Positions 43,934 to 53,165 of a stretch of 64,000 nucleotides of DNA are shown here, in pieces. The notes under the pieces were generated by a model. The model saw only the letters and a list, made by a program, of their open reading frames with translations, was not told the origin of the DNA and searched no databases. Every line of letters begins with the position of its first letter. Within the stretch, counting starts at the first letter, position 1. Source of the stretch: Polyangia bacterium. GTDB taxonomy: Bacteria > Myxococcota_A > Polyangia > HGW-17. The stretch covers positions 20,516 through 84,515 of the forward strand of contig JAWLEA010000001.1 of assembly GCA_041686345.1 (NCBI GenBank), read 5' to 3'. Position numbers and translations under genes: made by a program.

Positions 43934-46390
43934 ATGGCTAAAAGAGATCTCCTCAGACTGGTTTCTCGAAAACCCGAGAGTTCGGTTGAAAGAAAATTTG
44001 TCAAACCCCCCAAAAAAAAAGAAATAGAATATAACAAATTTTATATTTTTTTCTTTATTTTGTTTTCCCTGGTTGCGACGTTCATAGTTGTTGGTCATGG
44101 AGACCTTTTCAAAAAAAAACTACAACGAAATGATCTTGGCAAAACTATCCAGAAAAATATCAAAGCCACCAGAAGCTACAGCTTTTATCCCGACCAGGAA
44201 ATTATCCAAATTGAAACTGAAAAAGCCACCAAAAATGTTTTATCTGTATACAGCACTACCCGCAATGGCTGGTTGGATCTCTGGCAAAAACAAATAAAAT
44301 TCGGTTTTCGAGCTCTCAAGGATCCTATTTTCAAAAACAAGACAGAAGCGGCTCGGCAAAGGTTTAATTCCCTTACGGGGATTGAATTGGAGAAGGAAAC
44401 CTTTTGGACAATTACCAATTCCATAGGTCTCAGAAGAACACGCAACATTTTGAGATATCTTTTCTCAAAAATTTTGAAAGATAAGATATTGACAGAAGAT
44501 ATTGGCAAGTTGCAACAAAAACATCCCCGAGGCATAAAAATTCTGGTTTATCCCAGATCAGGAAACAAATTATCCAAGCCCACTTCCATTCAAACGGGGC
44601 CTAATTACGAAAAAATCTACGATTATCGCAAAATCAGAACCCTAATAAGTTCTGAAATTGAAACCCGTTACAGTCTGGGAGGTAAAAATTCTCTGGAAAG
44701 TGATGAACGCAATGCAATTCAAGCTCTGGTTCTTGCTCTCATCAGGAATTATCTGGGCAACCAAAAAGATGATTTCACTCTTGGGTTGACTCCCCGTCCT
44801 GATATTACCAGCAAAAAAAAAAAAAAGATCAGGGAGAAGGTAAAAATTGAAGAGAAGAAAATTGACAAGGGAGATATAATCCTCAAAAAAGGAGAAACCC
44901 TCACTCTTTACAAGATTAAACTATATAACAGCATGATTCCCGATTTTTGGATAAAATTGCTGTGGCTCTTCGGATATTTTGCTTTAATCTCTTCTTTCTT
45001 TTTAATTATAGGCTGGTTTTCCACTTTGAAATTCGGAGGTCGCAGAGGCACCGATAAAGACTTTTTTGTTTCTGGTCTTTTATTTCTCATTTTTCTTGCT
45101 CTCATCAGAGGTTCTCTTTTTATCATCGATGGACTGATTGAAAATCCATCCCCAGAAATCTATCCGGCTATTTTCCCAGCCGCCGGTTCAGCTCTTTTAA
45201 TCAAAATTCTCATGGGTACCAGGCTTTCTGTTTTTTATTCAATAGGTTTGAGTTTTCTCGGAACCTGGGCTCTGAAATTGCCTGTTCAGTTTACTCTCTT
45301 TTATTTTATTACAGGGTTGGTTGCCGCCGGTTCTCTGGACAGGATTGAACACAGGTATGCCGTCTGGAAAAGCGGCTTGATGCTCACTTTGGCCAGTATT
45401 TTTCTGGTGGCGGTATTCAGATTGGCCAATGGTGAATTGTTGATGATGGATACTCTCTGGTATTGTCTGGCCGGGGCGGCAGGGGGAATTATTCTGAGTA
45501 TTATTATTTCGGCTCTGTTGCCGGTGGTAGAATTCATCGGCGATTATATTACAGATATTAAATTGTTGGAACTTACCAATACCGATAGTGTTCTTTTGCA
45601 GGAGTTATCGGAAAAAGCACCTGGAACTTATCAGCATTCCCAACAAGTGGCACAGATCGCTTATGCCGGTGCCAAAAAAGTGGGAGCTAATGCCATGCTG
45701 GTTAAGGTTGCCGCCTTATATCACGATGTTGGCAAAATCAAAAAGCCTAAATATTTTATTGAAAATCAAGCCGGAGAAAATCCCCACGATAAATTAAAAC
45801 CTTCCATGAGTGCTTTGGTTATCAGAAGTCACATAAACGGAACCAGAGAAATTCTGGAAAAATCCGGAATCCCCAAAGCTGTCATAGATGTTGCTTCATC
45901 CCATCATGGTAAAACTTTATTGCAATATTTTTACTCCAAAGCTTTGGAGACTACCGGTCCCGAAGAAGCTGTCAGTGAGGAAGATTATCGTTATCCGGGA
46001 CCCCCTCCCCAGACCAGGGAGGCAGGGATTTTGATGCTGGCTGATAGTGTCGAGGCTGCGGTAAGAAGTAAAATCAAAGGCTCTGTTAAAAGCAAACAAT
46101 CCAAAATTAAACAATTTGATGTTAATACAATTATAGAGACTGTTCAGTTTATAATTAATCAAAAATTTACAGACGGACAATTGGATTCCTGTGAATTGAC
46201 TCTGAGAGATCTCAGCATATTGGCCGACAGTTTTATCAAAACTCTCAACAGCATCTATCATGAGCGCATTGATTATCCGGACAATGAAAAAAACAAACCC
46301 AATGGCAATAGAAATACAAGTTCAACCCACAAAATTAAAGTCCCAGATAAAAATAGAAAATCTTCAAACAACAGCAAAGAAGATTCTTGA
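43934..46390 (+). CDS. pgpH: 7TM-receptor/HD-domain phosphohydrolase (PgpH/YqfF-type)
   Basis: An N-terminal extracytoplasmic domain, a 7-TM block and an HD domain (HSQQVAQIAYAGAKKVG...AALYHDVGKIKKP...SSHHG). It is followed by ybeY, as in the Bacillus yqfF-ybeY cluster. Confidence 0.85.
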   Translation: MAKRDLLRLVSRKPESSVERKFVKPPKKKEIEYNKFYIFFFILFSLVATFIVVGHGDLFKKKLQRNDLGKTIQKNIKATRSYSFYPDQEIIQIETEKATKNVLSVYSTTRNGWLDLWQKQIKFGFRALKDPIFKNKTEAARQRFNSLTGIELEKETFWTITNSIGLRRTRNILRYLFSKILKDKILTEDIGKLQQKHPRGIKILVYPRSGNKLSKPTSIQTGPNYEKIYDYRKIRTLISSEIETRYSLGGKNSLESDERNAIQALVLALIRNYLGNQKDDFTLGLTPRPDITSKKKKKIREKVKIEEKKIDKGDIILKKGETLTLYKIKLYNSMIPDFWIKLLWLFGYFALISSFFLIIGWFSTLKFGGRRGTDKDFFVSGLLFLIFLALIRGSLFIIDGLIENPSPEIYPAIFPAAGSALLIKILMGTRLSVFYSIGLSFLGTWALKLPVQFTLFYFITGLVAAGSLDRIEHRYAVWKSGLMLTLASIFLVAVFRLANGELLMMDTLWYCLAGAAGGIILSIIISALLPVVEFIGDYITDIKLLELTNTDSVLLQELSEKAPGTYQHSQQVAQIAYAGAKKVGANAMLVKVAALYHDVGKIKKPKYFIENQAGENPHDKLKPSMSALVIRSHINGTREILEKSGIPKAVIDVASSHHGKTLLQYFYSKALETTGPEEAVSEEDYRYPGPPPQTREAGILMLADSVEAAVRSKIKGSVKSKQSKIKQFDVNTIIETVQFIINQKFTDGQLDSCELTLRDLSILADSFIKTLNSIYHERIDYPDNEKNKPNGNRNTSSTHKIKVPDKNRKSSNNSKEDS

Positions 46391-46751
46391 ATATCTTAAT
46401 TTATCAAAAGCCGAACTCTCTTTGGTGATTTGCGATGATCTCTTTATCAGGGAATTGAACAAAAAATGGAGAAATCAGGACAATGCAACAGATGTATTGT
46501 CTTTTCCCCAATCAAACCATAAAGAGATTGAAACTTTTCAAAACAAAGATGACAACTTGTTTCCTCTGGTCCTCGGAGATATAATAATCAGTCTGGAAAC
46601 AGCAAAAAGACAGGCTGAAGTTTCTTTGGAATTTGAAATTAATCGCTTGCTGATACATGGAATTGTCCATCTTATCGGTTATGATCATAAAACCGAGGAA
46701 GAGTATGAAAAAATGCAAGTTGTAGAAAAAGATCTCCTCAAGTTTCTCTGA
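46302..46751 (+). CDS. ybeY: rRNA maturation endoribonuclease YbeY
   Basis: Motifs TDVLSFP and zinc motif HGIVHLIGYDH. The start is uncertain (ATGs at 46260, 46284 and 46302). Any of them overlaps the pgpH 3-prime end by 89-131 nt. Confidence 0.85.
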   Translation: MAIEIQVQPTKLKSQIKIENLQTTAKKILEYLNLSKAELSLVICDDLFIRELNKKWRNQDNATDVLSFPQSNHKEIETFQNKDDNLFPLVLGDIIISLETAKRQAEVSLEFEINRLLIHGIVHLIGYDHKTEEEYEKMQVVEKDLLKFL

Positions 46752-47064
46752 ATTTAAAAACTTGCCTTTAAATTTCTTTGCTGGTAAATTTAAACTGACC
46801 GTGTTGCCTGAAATTTTATCAAATCAACAACTGCAGGTTTTTAATTTGAAGCCTGAGGGAAAAACTTGATTTTTCAAGGATGCAATCCTTTATTTCAAGT
46901 CAATTGAGATATTAAATTTTATTTGTTTGCTTCAAATCCAGGTTGCAAAAGATCCAGGTTCAGGTATACCGATAGTTGAATCTTAACAAATTATTATTTT
47001 TCGATGTCCAGTTCGGAATATATTTAGAACTTCTGTTTCATCGAGTTGTGGATGGCAAAATAAC

Positions 47065-47532
47065 ATGAAATCAAGAAAATTTATTACTCCTGTTAAATTG
47101 TCAATATTAGTACTCGCAAGTGCAGGTTTTTTTTCTTGCGGTCCGGTAGAATATATGAGTCAAACGGGGGTCAAGGCCAATAAAGCTTTTGCTTCAGCCA
47201 AAGAATCTGGAGCCAAAAAACAGGCACCTTACGAGTATTACAGTGCCCATTATTATTTGCACAGATCCCGATTTAAAGCCGGTTATGGTGATTATCAGGA
47301 AGCTGTAAAGTATGGCAGCAAGGCTGAAGATTTCAGCAAAAAATCGAAGGAACTGGCTGTTGAAAGAATAGAAAAAAATCTGGAAAATGGTGCTGATTCC
47401 AATAATACTGACAATTCAACCAGCAAACAGGAAAAAAAGAAAGTCCTGAAGGTTGAAGCTCAAGAAAATAAAGAAGAAAATAAAAAAGAAAATAATAAAG
47501 AAATAAAAATCAAAAAAGAAAAAGATGAATAG
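47065..47532 (+). CDS. Lipoprotein, DUF4398-like N-terminal helical domain, Lys/Glu-rich tail
   Basis: Lipobox SAGFFSC. APYEYYSAHYYLHRSR is a pattern often seen upstream of OmpA-family genes. Confidence 0.55.
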   Translation: MKSRKFITPVKLSILVLASAGFFSCGPVEYMSQTGVKANKAFASAKESGAKKQAPYEYYSAHYYLHRSRFKAGYGDYQEAVKYGSKAEDFSKKSKELAVERIEKNLENGADSNNTDNSTSKQEKKKVLKVEAQENKEENKKENNKEIKIKKEKDE

Positions 47533-47571
47533 ATTCAGATTGAATCTGGTTCAGATAGACAGGTATTCAAT

Positions 47572-48756
47572 ATGAAATTCAGCAAATGGCTTGTTTTTGC
47601 AATTTTGGGATTTGTTATCTCAGCTTGTGCAGGGACAGAACTAGAAGGTAAAGCCCAAGTTGTTTCCAAACTTATTAAAATTGCCGAAAAAAATGGAGCT
47701 TACAAGTGTGCTCCCAAACAACTGGCTCTTTCCAAAACCCATCTTGAATTCAGTCTTGATGAGATGAGCCAGGGTAAAATGTTCAAGGCAAAAAATCTGT
47801 TAAAAACCGCTGATCAAGCAGCCCGATTGGCTATCAAAAAGTCTCCTCCCGAAAAATGCGCCAAAAAAGTTATTGTAGCCACCGAACCGGAAAAGAAGCC
47901 GGTAAAATTATCAGTTAAAGTAACTGATTCTGACGGCGACGGCATTCCTGACAGCAAAGACAAATGCCCCAATAAACCGGAAGATTTTGATGGTTTCGAA
48001 GATAAAGACGGCTGTCCCGACAAGGACAATGACGGCGACGGTATTGCCGATTCTGTTGACAAATGTCCGGGCAAAGACAAAGACAAAGAAAATAATTTCA
48101 AAGATGTAGCCGAAGATATAGATGGTTTCGAAGATAAAGACGGCTGTCCCGACAAAGACAATGACGGCGACGGTATTGCCGATTCTGTTGACAAATGTCC
48201 GGGCAAAGACAAAGACAAAGAAAATAATTTCAAAGATGTAGCCGAAGATATAGATGGCTTCGAAGATGATGACGGCTGTCCTGACAAGGACAACGACAAA
48301 GACGGTATTCCCGATGTCAAAGACAAGTGCCCCAACAAGCCCGAGGTATTCAACGGTTATCTTGATAAAGACGGTTGTCCCGACAAATTGAAACTTATCA
48401 AAATTACCAAAAAGAAAATTGAATTGAAGCAGAAAATTTTCTTTGCCTACAACAAGGCCAAGATTCGCAAAAAAAGCTATGGTTTGCTCAATGAAATCTA
48501 CAAAGTCCTCAAGTCTCGTCCATCCATGAAGATCATGATTGAGGGTCATACCGATTCCGATGGCTCCGCCAGTTACAATCGTCGCCTTTCACGGCGCAGA
48601 GCCAGAGCAGTACGCAAGTATCTGATCAAAAAAGGTGTCGATCCATCCAGAATGAAGTCTGTCGGTCGTGGTGAATCCAAACCAATTGCTTCCAACAAAA
48701 CCAAAGCTGGAAAAAGCAAAAACAGACGAGTAGAATTTGTAATAACCAAACAATAA
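47572..48756 (+). CDS. OmpA-family lipoprotein with thrombospondin type-3 (calcium-binding) repeats
   Basis: Lipobox FVISAC. Repeated D.DGDGI.D..DKCP / DKDGCPD units. The C-terminal OmpA domain reads IEGHTDSDGSASYNRRLSRRRARAVRKYL...NRRVEF. Confidence 0.88.
   Translation: MKFSKWLVFAILGFVISACAGTELEGKAQVVSKLIKIAEKNGAYKCAPKQLALSKTHLEFSLDEMSQGKMFKAKNLLKTADQAARLAIKKSPPEKCAKKVIVATEPEKKPVKLSVKVTDSDGDGIPDSKDKCPNKPEDFDGFEDKDGCPDKDNDGDGIADSVDKCPGKDKDKENNFKDVAEDIDGFEDKDGCPDKDNDGDGIADSVDKCPGKDKDKENNFKDVAEDIDGFEDDDGCPDKDNDKDGIPDVKDKCPNKPEVFNGYLDKDGCPDKLKLIKITKKKIELKQKIFFAYNKAKIRKKSYGLLNEIYKVLKSRPSMKIMIEGHTDSDGSASYNRRLSRRRARAVRKYLIKKGVDPSRMKSVGRGESKPIASNKTKAGKSKNRRVEFVITKQ
47989..48252 (+). repeat. 132-bp in-frame tandem duplication (2 near-identical units plus a diverged third)
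   Basis: The units start at 47989 and 48121 (GATGGTTTCGAAGATAAAGACGGCTGTCCCGAC...). I see one difference in 132 nt (AAG/AAA). The encoded 44-aa unit is DGFEDKDGCPDKDNDGDGIADSVDKCPGKDKDKENNFKDVAEDI. Confidence 0.9.
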
Positions 48757-49036
48757 TCAAATAAATCAACTGTCTCAATTTGTAATACGGACAATCAATT
48801 TTCCCATTTTTAAGTTGAGTTTAAATTTTGGAATCGTTAATTTATTCCAGTTTTTGTAAAAACAGAATAATACTATTTCCAACTTGCAAAATGGATTATT
48901 GCTGTTTGTGGTTTGGTATTGAATTTCTTGGTTGTAACCTTTGATGAATAGCGGTAAGTTCAATTTTGGTTACTTCTCACATTATAATCAAACTTCACCT
49001 CAACTAATAATTTCCATTGAATGAAAAAATGAGGAT

Positions 49037-50515
49037 ATGATAATGATAAATAAATCAATTTTAGTAATCTTAACTCTTGCCGTTTCAGGATATTTTTCCG
49101 GCAAAGCTCAAGCAAATTGTTCAGACAAGGTAATTAAAAAGCTTAAAGCTCTTCATAAGATGGCTATGGAAGATTATGATCAAATGGAATTTTCTTCGGC
49201 CAGAAGAACCTTGAAAGATGCCATCAGCATTGCCAGAAGAAGTTTTTGTACTGACAAGGTTGAATATGCCAATATTCTTGTTGATCTGGGTATCATGTAT
49301 ATCACTGATCCGAGCAGTCCTGATGAAAGCAGGGGACGCTTGATGTTCAAAAAAGCCCTCAAAGTCAACGCCTGTGCAAAAATAAATCCCGATCTCAAAA
49401 CTCCCAGGTTGCAAAAAATCCTCAATCAGGTGAGCAGGCAGGCAGGCATCAAATGTGCCAGTGCCGATTCTTCATCAACTTCAGATTCCAGTTCAGATTC
49501 AGGGTCCAGTGCAACAAAAACCCTGGCCGAAGATACAGGTCCCGAACCTGACAATCTTGAACACAAAACTCCCGACGAAGCACCGGCAGAATCCTCGATT
49601 ATGATTACTTGCAGAGCCCCTAAACAGGGAGTTGACAAGGTTGTTGTCTATTACAGAAAACCAGGAGAATCAGATTATTCAACTTTGGAAATGACCAATT
49701 ATTCCGGTTATTCCTGGAAAGCAAATATTCCAGGTAAACACGTCAAGGGAGCTATTTTACAATACTACATAGCTGCACTTAATTCTTCGGGTAGTCCGGT
49801 AATGGCACATGGAAACAGCGGAGCTCCCAATATTATTTCCCTTACCAAGCCTGAAAAAAAGGATAGTATTGATTCTGAAGATCCCCTTAGCAATAAAAAT
49901 AAAGATGATGACAGCAAATCAGACAAGTCAGACAGTGATCCACTTCCTCCTTCTTTCAAGAAGTTCAAAATTAGACTTGGAGGCCGATTCGGTGTAGGTT
50001 TTCTTTCCACCAGCATGTGTTCCTACAAGGCCGAAGACGTCAATAATAATTGTGACGGAGAAGGTACCAATATCAGCACTGCAGGTTTTGCTACCGGTGA
50101 AATTGGCGGTGAACTCGGCATCCATTATTTTGTAAGTGAAAATTGGACAATGGGATTAGATATGAAAACTGGTTTTGTCCAGACCGATTATATAACCGAC
50201 GGCAACAATATGGGAGTTGGTTTTATCGGCCTTGGTAAAGCACTATATCATCCCATGGCTCAGGAAGAAATGTTCAGATTTTATATTGGTCCCTTGCTTG
50301 GAGGTGGATTGCTCTGGCATCAATGGGTTGTTGATGAAGATTCCCAAAATGAGGATATTTTCAAGCACGGTTACGTAATGATAGGTGGATCTTTAGGTTT
50401 TGAAATAGGCTCTCCCAAGGTTGCTTTCTATGTAAATATTGATGCAATGGGAGTTTTCCCTCTCCAATCAACTGTTCATATAGATTTCACCAGCGGATTA
50501 AGTATCGGTTTCTAA
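49037..50515 (+). CDS. Secreted protein with C-terminal beta-barrel-like domain ending in Phe (putative outer-membrane protein)
   Basis: Signal peptide ILVILTLAVSGYFSGKAQA, a Ser/Asp-rich linker, and alternating hydrophobic strands near the C-terminus ending GLSIGF. The alternative ATG at 49043 has better SD spacing. Confidence 0.55.
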   Translation: MIMINKSILVILTLAVSGYFSGKAQANCSDKVIKKLKALHKMAMEDYDQMEFSSARRTLKDAISIARRSFCTDKVEYANILVDLGIMYITDPSSPDESRGRLMFKKALKVNACAKINPDLKTPRLQKILNQVSRQAGIKCASADSSSTSDSSSDSGSSATKTLAEDTGPEPDNLEHKTPDEAPAESSIMITCRAPKQGVDKVVVYYRKPGESDYSTLEMTNYSGYSWKANIPGKHVKGAILQYYIAALNSSGSPVMAHGNSGAPNIISLTKPEKKDSIDSEDPLSNKNKDDDSKSDKSDSDPLPPSFKKFKIRLGGRFGVGFLSTSMCSYKAEDVNNNCDGEGTNISTAGFATGEIGGELGIHYFVSENWTMGLDMKTGFVQTDYITDGNNMGVGFIGLGKALYHPMAQEEMFRFYIGPLLGGGLLWHQWVVDEDSQNEDIFKHGYVMIGGSLGFEIGSPKVAFYVNIDAMGVFPLQSTVHIDFTSGLSIGF

Positions 50516-50584
50516 TTTGATTTCAACTTGACTTTATCTCTAATCATCAATTTTCATTGCAAAAATATGGTTACACTTCGGGGT

Positions 50585-50629
50585 AAAAATATGGTTTCAT
50601 TTGTAGATTTATCAAATCCGGATGGGAAC
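50585..50629 (+). mobile_element. Fragment of the MITE-like element (right end only), copy L
   Basis: ...TAAAAATATGGTTTCATTTG...CCGGATGGGAAC is followed by TAACTA, the same right flank as copy D. It lies 20 nt upstream of the next ATG. Confidence 0.5.
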
Positions 50630-50649
50630 TAACTAACACAGGAAATAAA

Positions 50650-51831
50650 ATGGCTACTTTAGAATTTGTTTCTCCTAAAAAAATCAAACCAACTCTTAGA
50701 AAAACTCTTCAGGATAAATTATATTATGCTCATAAAGGTTTGAAAAATATTGAATTTGCAGACGATGAGTCTACCAGAAAACCTCTGATTAAAGTTGAAT
50801 ATGAAGGTAAAATATCTCCCAACCACCTTCAGGATAAAATAGTAGAGTTGATCAAGAAATTTACCCGGGGTTTTATGGAGGTAGAAAAAGAAATTCTCCA
50901 CGACAAACGGGAACGAATACCCTTGAATCAGGAAGAAATTTATCCGGCCCTCAAAAAAAAGGGATGGGTTCATGAATATGAAACAGGAAGAGTTGCTTTA
51001 GCCGGACCGGCCATGCGACTTTATGATTTTTTTGATGACCAATTCCTTAAAATAGCTGCTGCCATGGAAGCCGAGCCAATTCGTTTTCCCGTACTCATAA
51101 GTGTTGATACTTTAAAAACAGCCGATTATTTTGCTTCTTTTCCCCATCACATTACTCTTGCTACCCATCTGGTTGAAGACGCCGATAAAATTCAGGCTTC
51201 GGCAGAAAAATTTGCCCAGGATCAGGATCCCTGTCATTTTTCAGAAATAGAAGAAGCAACGGAGCATATTTGTTCCCCTGCAGTTTGTTTTCATCTTTAT
51301 CAACTTCTTTCGGGCAAGAAAGTTGATCAAATTATCAGGAGAACTGCGATTTCCAATTGTTTCAGATATGAATCAGGAAATATGAATACCCTGGAGCGTC
51401 TTTGGGATTTCAACATGAGGGAAATAATCTTCGTGGGAGAAAGTGATAAGGTTGATCAACTGCGCCGGGATGCCATGGAACCGGTGATGGAACTGGTTGA
51501 CAATTTAAAATTGAAATCTCATATAGAAACCGCCAGTGATCCGTTTTTTGTCAATAATTATGCAGGTCAGACCTTTTATCAATTGAGTCATCGTACCAAA
51601 TACGAACTTTTGCTCAATATTCCATCGCGAGGAGAAGAAGGGACAGCAGCAGCCTCATTTAACTGGCACCAGAACTTCTTTGGTTCAAAATTCAAAATAA
51701 CCACCAGCAAAGGGCAAGAAGCCGGAACTGCCTGTACTGCTTTTGGGATTGAACGCTGGGTTTATGCTTTCCTCAGCCAGTACGGTCTGGAAAAAGCCAA
51801 TTGGCCGCAATATCTTACAGAAAATTGGTAG
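50650..51831 (+). CDS. Class-II aminoacyl-tRNA-synthetase-like protein (SerRS-type catalytic core without tRNA-binding arm; possible amino acid-carrier protein ligase)
   Basis: Motif-1-like EPIRFPVLIS, motif 2 ISNCFRYESGN...LWDFNMREIIFVG and motif 3 GTACTAFGIERWVYAFLSQYG. Candidate Zn ligands are in SPAVCFHLY, FRYES and GTAC. There is no coiled-coil N-terminal arm. Confidence 0.55.
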   Translation: MATLEFVSPKKIKPTLRKTLQDKLYYAHKGLKNIEFADDESTRKPLIKVEYEGKISPNHLQDKIVELIKKFTRGFMEVEKEILHDKRERIPLNQEEIYPALKKKGWVHEYETGRVALAGPAMRLYDFFDDQFLKIAAAMEAEPIRFPVLISVDTLKTADYFASFPHHITLATHLVEDADKIQASAEKFAQDQDPCHFSEIEEATEHICSPAVCFHLYQLLSGKKVDQIIRRTAISNCFRYESGNMNTLERLWDFNMREIIFVGESDKVDQLRRDAMEPVMELVDNLKLKSHIETASDPFFVNNYAGQTFYQLSHRTKYELLLNIPSRGEEGTAAASFNWHQNFFGSKFKITTSKGQEAGTACTAFGIERWVYAFLSQYGLEKANWPQYLTENW

Positions 51832-51885
51832 CCTCGGGTTCGACTTTTACAAAACCAGCAGATAAGAAGCAGTCAGGGATGAAAA

Positions 51886-52065
51886 CTACTTCCCTTTCCA
51901 GATAGCTATGGTTTTATCGATTTTGTTTTTGATGGAAAAACCTTTGGAAACAAGATTCATTACTTTGGGGTTTTGCATGATTTTCATAACTCTGGGATCA
52001 TTTACAATATCCAGCGTTTTTTGCAGGGCTTTTGCTTTAAGTCGGGTAAATTCAAAATTTTTCAT
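51886..52065 (-). CDS. Small ORF, 59 aa (below the track cut-off), hypothetical
   Basis: MKNFEFTRLKAKALQKTLDIVNDPRVMKIMQNPKVMNLVSKGFSIKNKIDKTIAIWKGK. Its composition looks more protein-like than the overlapping plus-strand ORF 51908..52111. There is no clear SD. Confidence 0.3.
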   Translation of the reverse strand: MKNFEFTRLKAKALQKTLDIVNDPRVMKIMQNPKVMNLVSKGFSIKNKIDKTIAIWKGK

Positions 52066-52237
52066 TGTTGGTAATGTCCAATATCAGGGGGTGGGTAAAT
52101 TTAAGAAATAATTTGCCTTCAGTCCTGTTTTGAAAAAACAAAGATTAAAGTCAACAGATTTTGTCAATATATAGCATAAACTCCGAATAGCATAAACTTC
52201 AATTTCAAGATAGGGTTCCCATTGCAATTCTTGGATA

Positions 52238-52400
52238 GTTCCCTATCCCAAAAATGAATGTCATCGTCTGAATACGGAAATTCATCTCATCAGTTTTGTC
52301 ATAACTTCTTGAAATAGTGTCAACTATGTCTGCGAAGTTACTTCGCGCATCTGAGGCAAACTTCTCATTCAGCCAAAAACCCCCATTCTGGGATGGGAAC
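52238..52400 (+). mobile_element. MITE-like element, copy I (full length, both internal modules variant)
   Basis: GTTCCCTATCCCAAAAATGAATG...TTCTGGGATGGGAAC. The flanks are TGGATA / TAGATA (5 of 6 identical). It has a left module as in copy E and a right module as in copy H. Confidence 0.9.
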
Positions 52401-52435
52401 TAGATAAAAAAAGTAGAGTTGAATTGTAAAAATCG

Positions 52436-52465
52436 GGAATACTTTTGCTCTATTTTCGTTATAAT
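52436..52465 (+). promoter_or_regulatory. Candidate promoter upstream of the ECF sigma gene
   Basis: GGAAT (52436-52440), a 16-nt spacer, then CGTTA (52457-52461) resembles ECF-type -35/-10 elements. It overlaps a perfect TATAAT at 52460-52465. Confidence 0.35.
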
Positions 52466-52589
52466 TTCCTGAATGGTGAAACCGGATGAGTTTTATCGCA
52501 GGTTTCAATTCAAGAACAATGCCGTTTAAAGTTTTTTGACTTTTATACTGTATAACCGAAATTCTGATTTCCCCTTGAAGGAGGATAAA

Positions 52590-53165
52590 TTGTTTGGCTG
52601 GCATAAAGACAAAACCGAAGAATTTTCAGATCTGGCTGTTCCCTTGATGGATGCATTATATGGCACCGCCTTGAAATTGTGTCGAGATGAACAGATCGCC
52701 CAGGATCTGGTTCAGGATACATATCTCAAAGCATATAAATATTTTCATTCCTTCAAAAGAGGAACAAATTTCAAAGCTTGGATTTTTAAAATACTTACCA
52801 GGAATTTTTATGATTCTTATAAAAGCAATAAAAAAAGGAACGCTGTTTTTACTCCACTTGATGAAGGCAGAGCAGCTGATAATTCAGTTCAAATCTCAAG
52901 AGGAGAACAAAAACAATTAGCCAGAGATCTGGAAAAAGCTCTGGAACAAGTTCCTCCTGATTTCAGATTGCCTATAATTTTAAGTGATGTTCATGAGTTT
53001 TCCTATAAAGAGATTTCCGAAATCATTGATTGCCCGATAGGGACGGTTATGAGTCGTCTGTATAGAGGACGCAAAAGGTTGAAAAACATAATTTTGCGCA
53101 TGGATTCCGAAGTAATCAATTCCCACCTCCAGGATGGAGCTATTATACCAATGAGGAGTGAATGA
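52590..53165 (+). CDS. ECF-family RNA polymerase sigma-70 factor
   Basis: Region 2 DLVQDTYLKAYKYFHSF...FKAWIFKILTRNF and region 4 SYKEISEIIDCPIGTVMSRLYRGRKRLK. The TTG at 52590 lies 5-6 nt after AAGGAGG; the track ORF starts at an upstream TTG (52536). Confidence 0.88.
   Translation: MFGWHKDKTEEFSDLAVPLMDALYGTALKLCRDEQIAQDLVQDTYLKAYKYFHSFKRGTNFKAWIFKILTRNFYDSYKSNKKRNAVFTPLDEGRAADNSVQISRGEQKQLARDLEKALEQVPPDFRLPIILSDVHEFSYKEISEIIDCPIGTVMSRLYRGRKRLKNIILRMDSEVINSHLQDGAIIPMRSE

Noticed and set aside
47814-48549. Minus-strand ORFs of 179 and 212 aa within the OmpA/TSP3 gene.
   Set aside because: These are antisense shadows of Asp/Gly/Lys-rich repeats. The plus-strand CDS has clear OmpA and TSP3 motifs.
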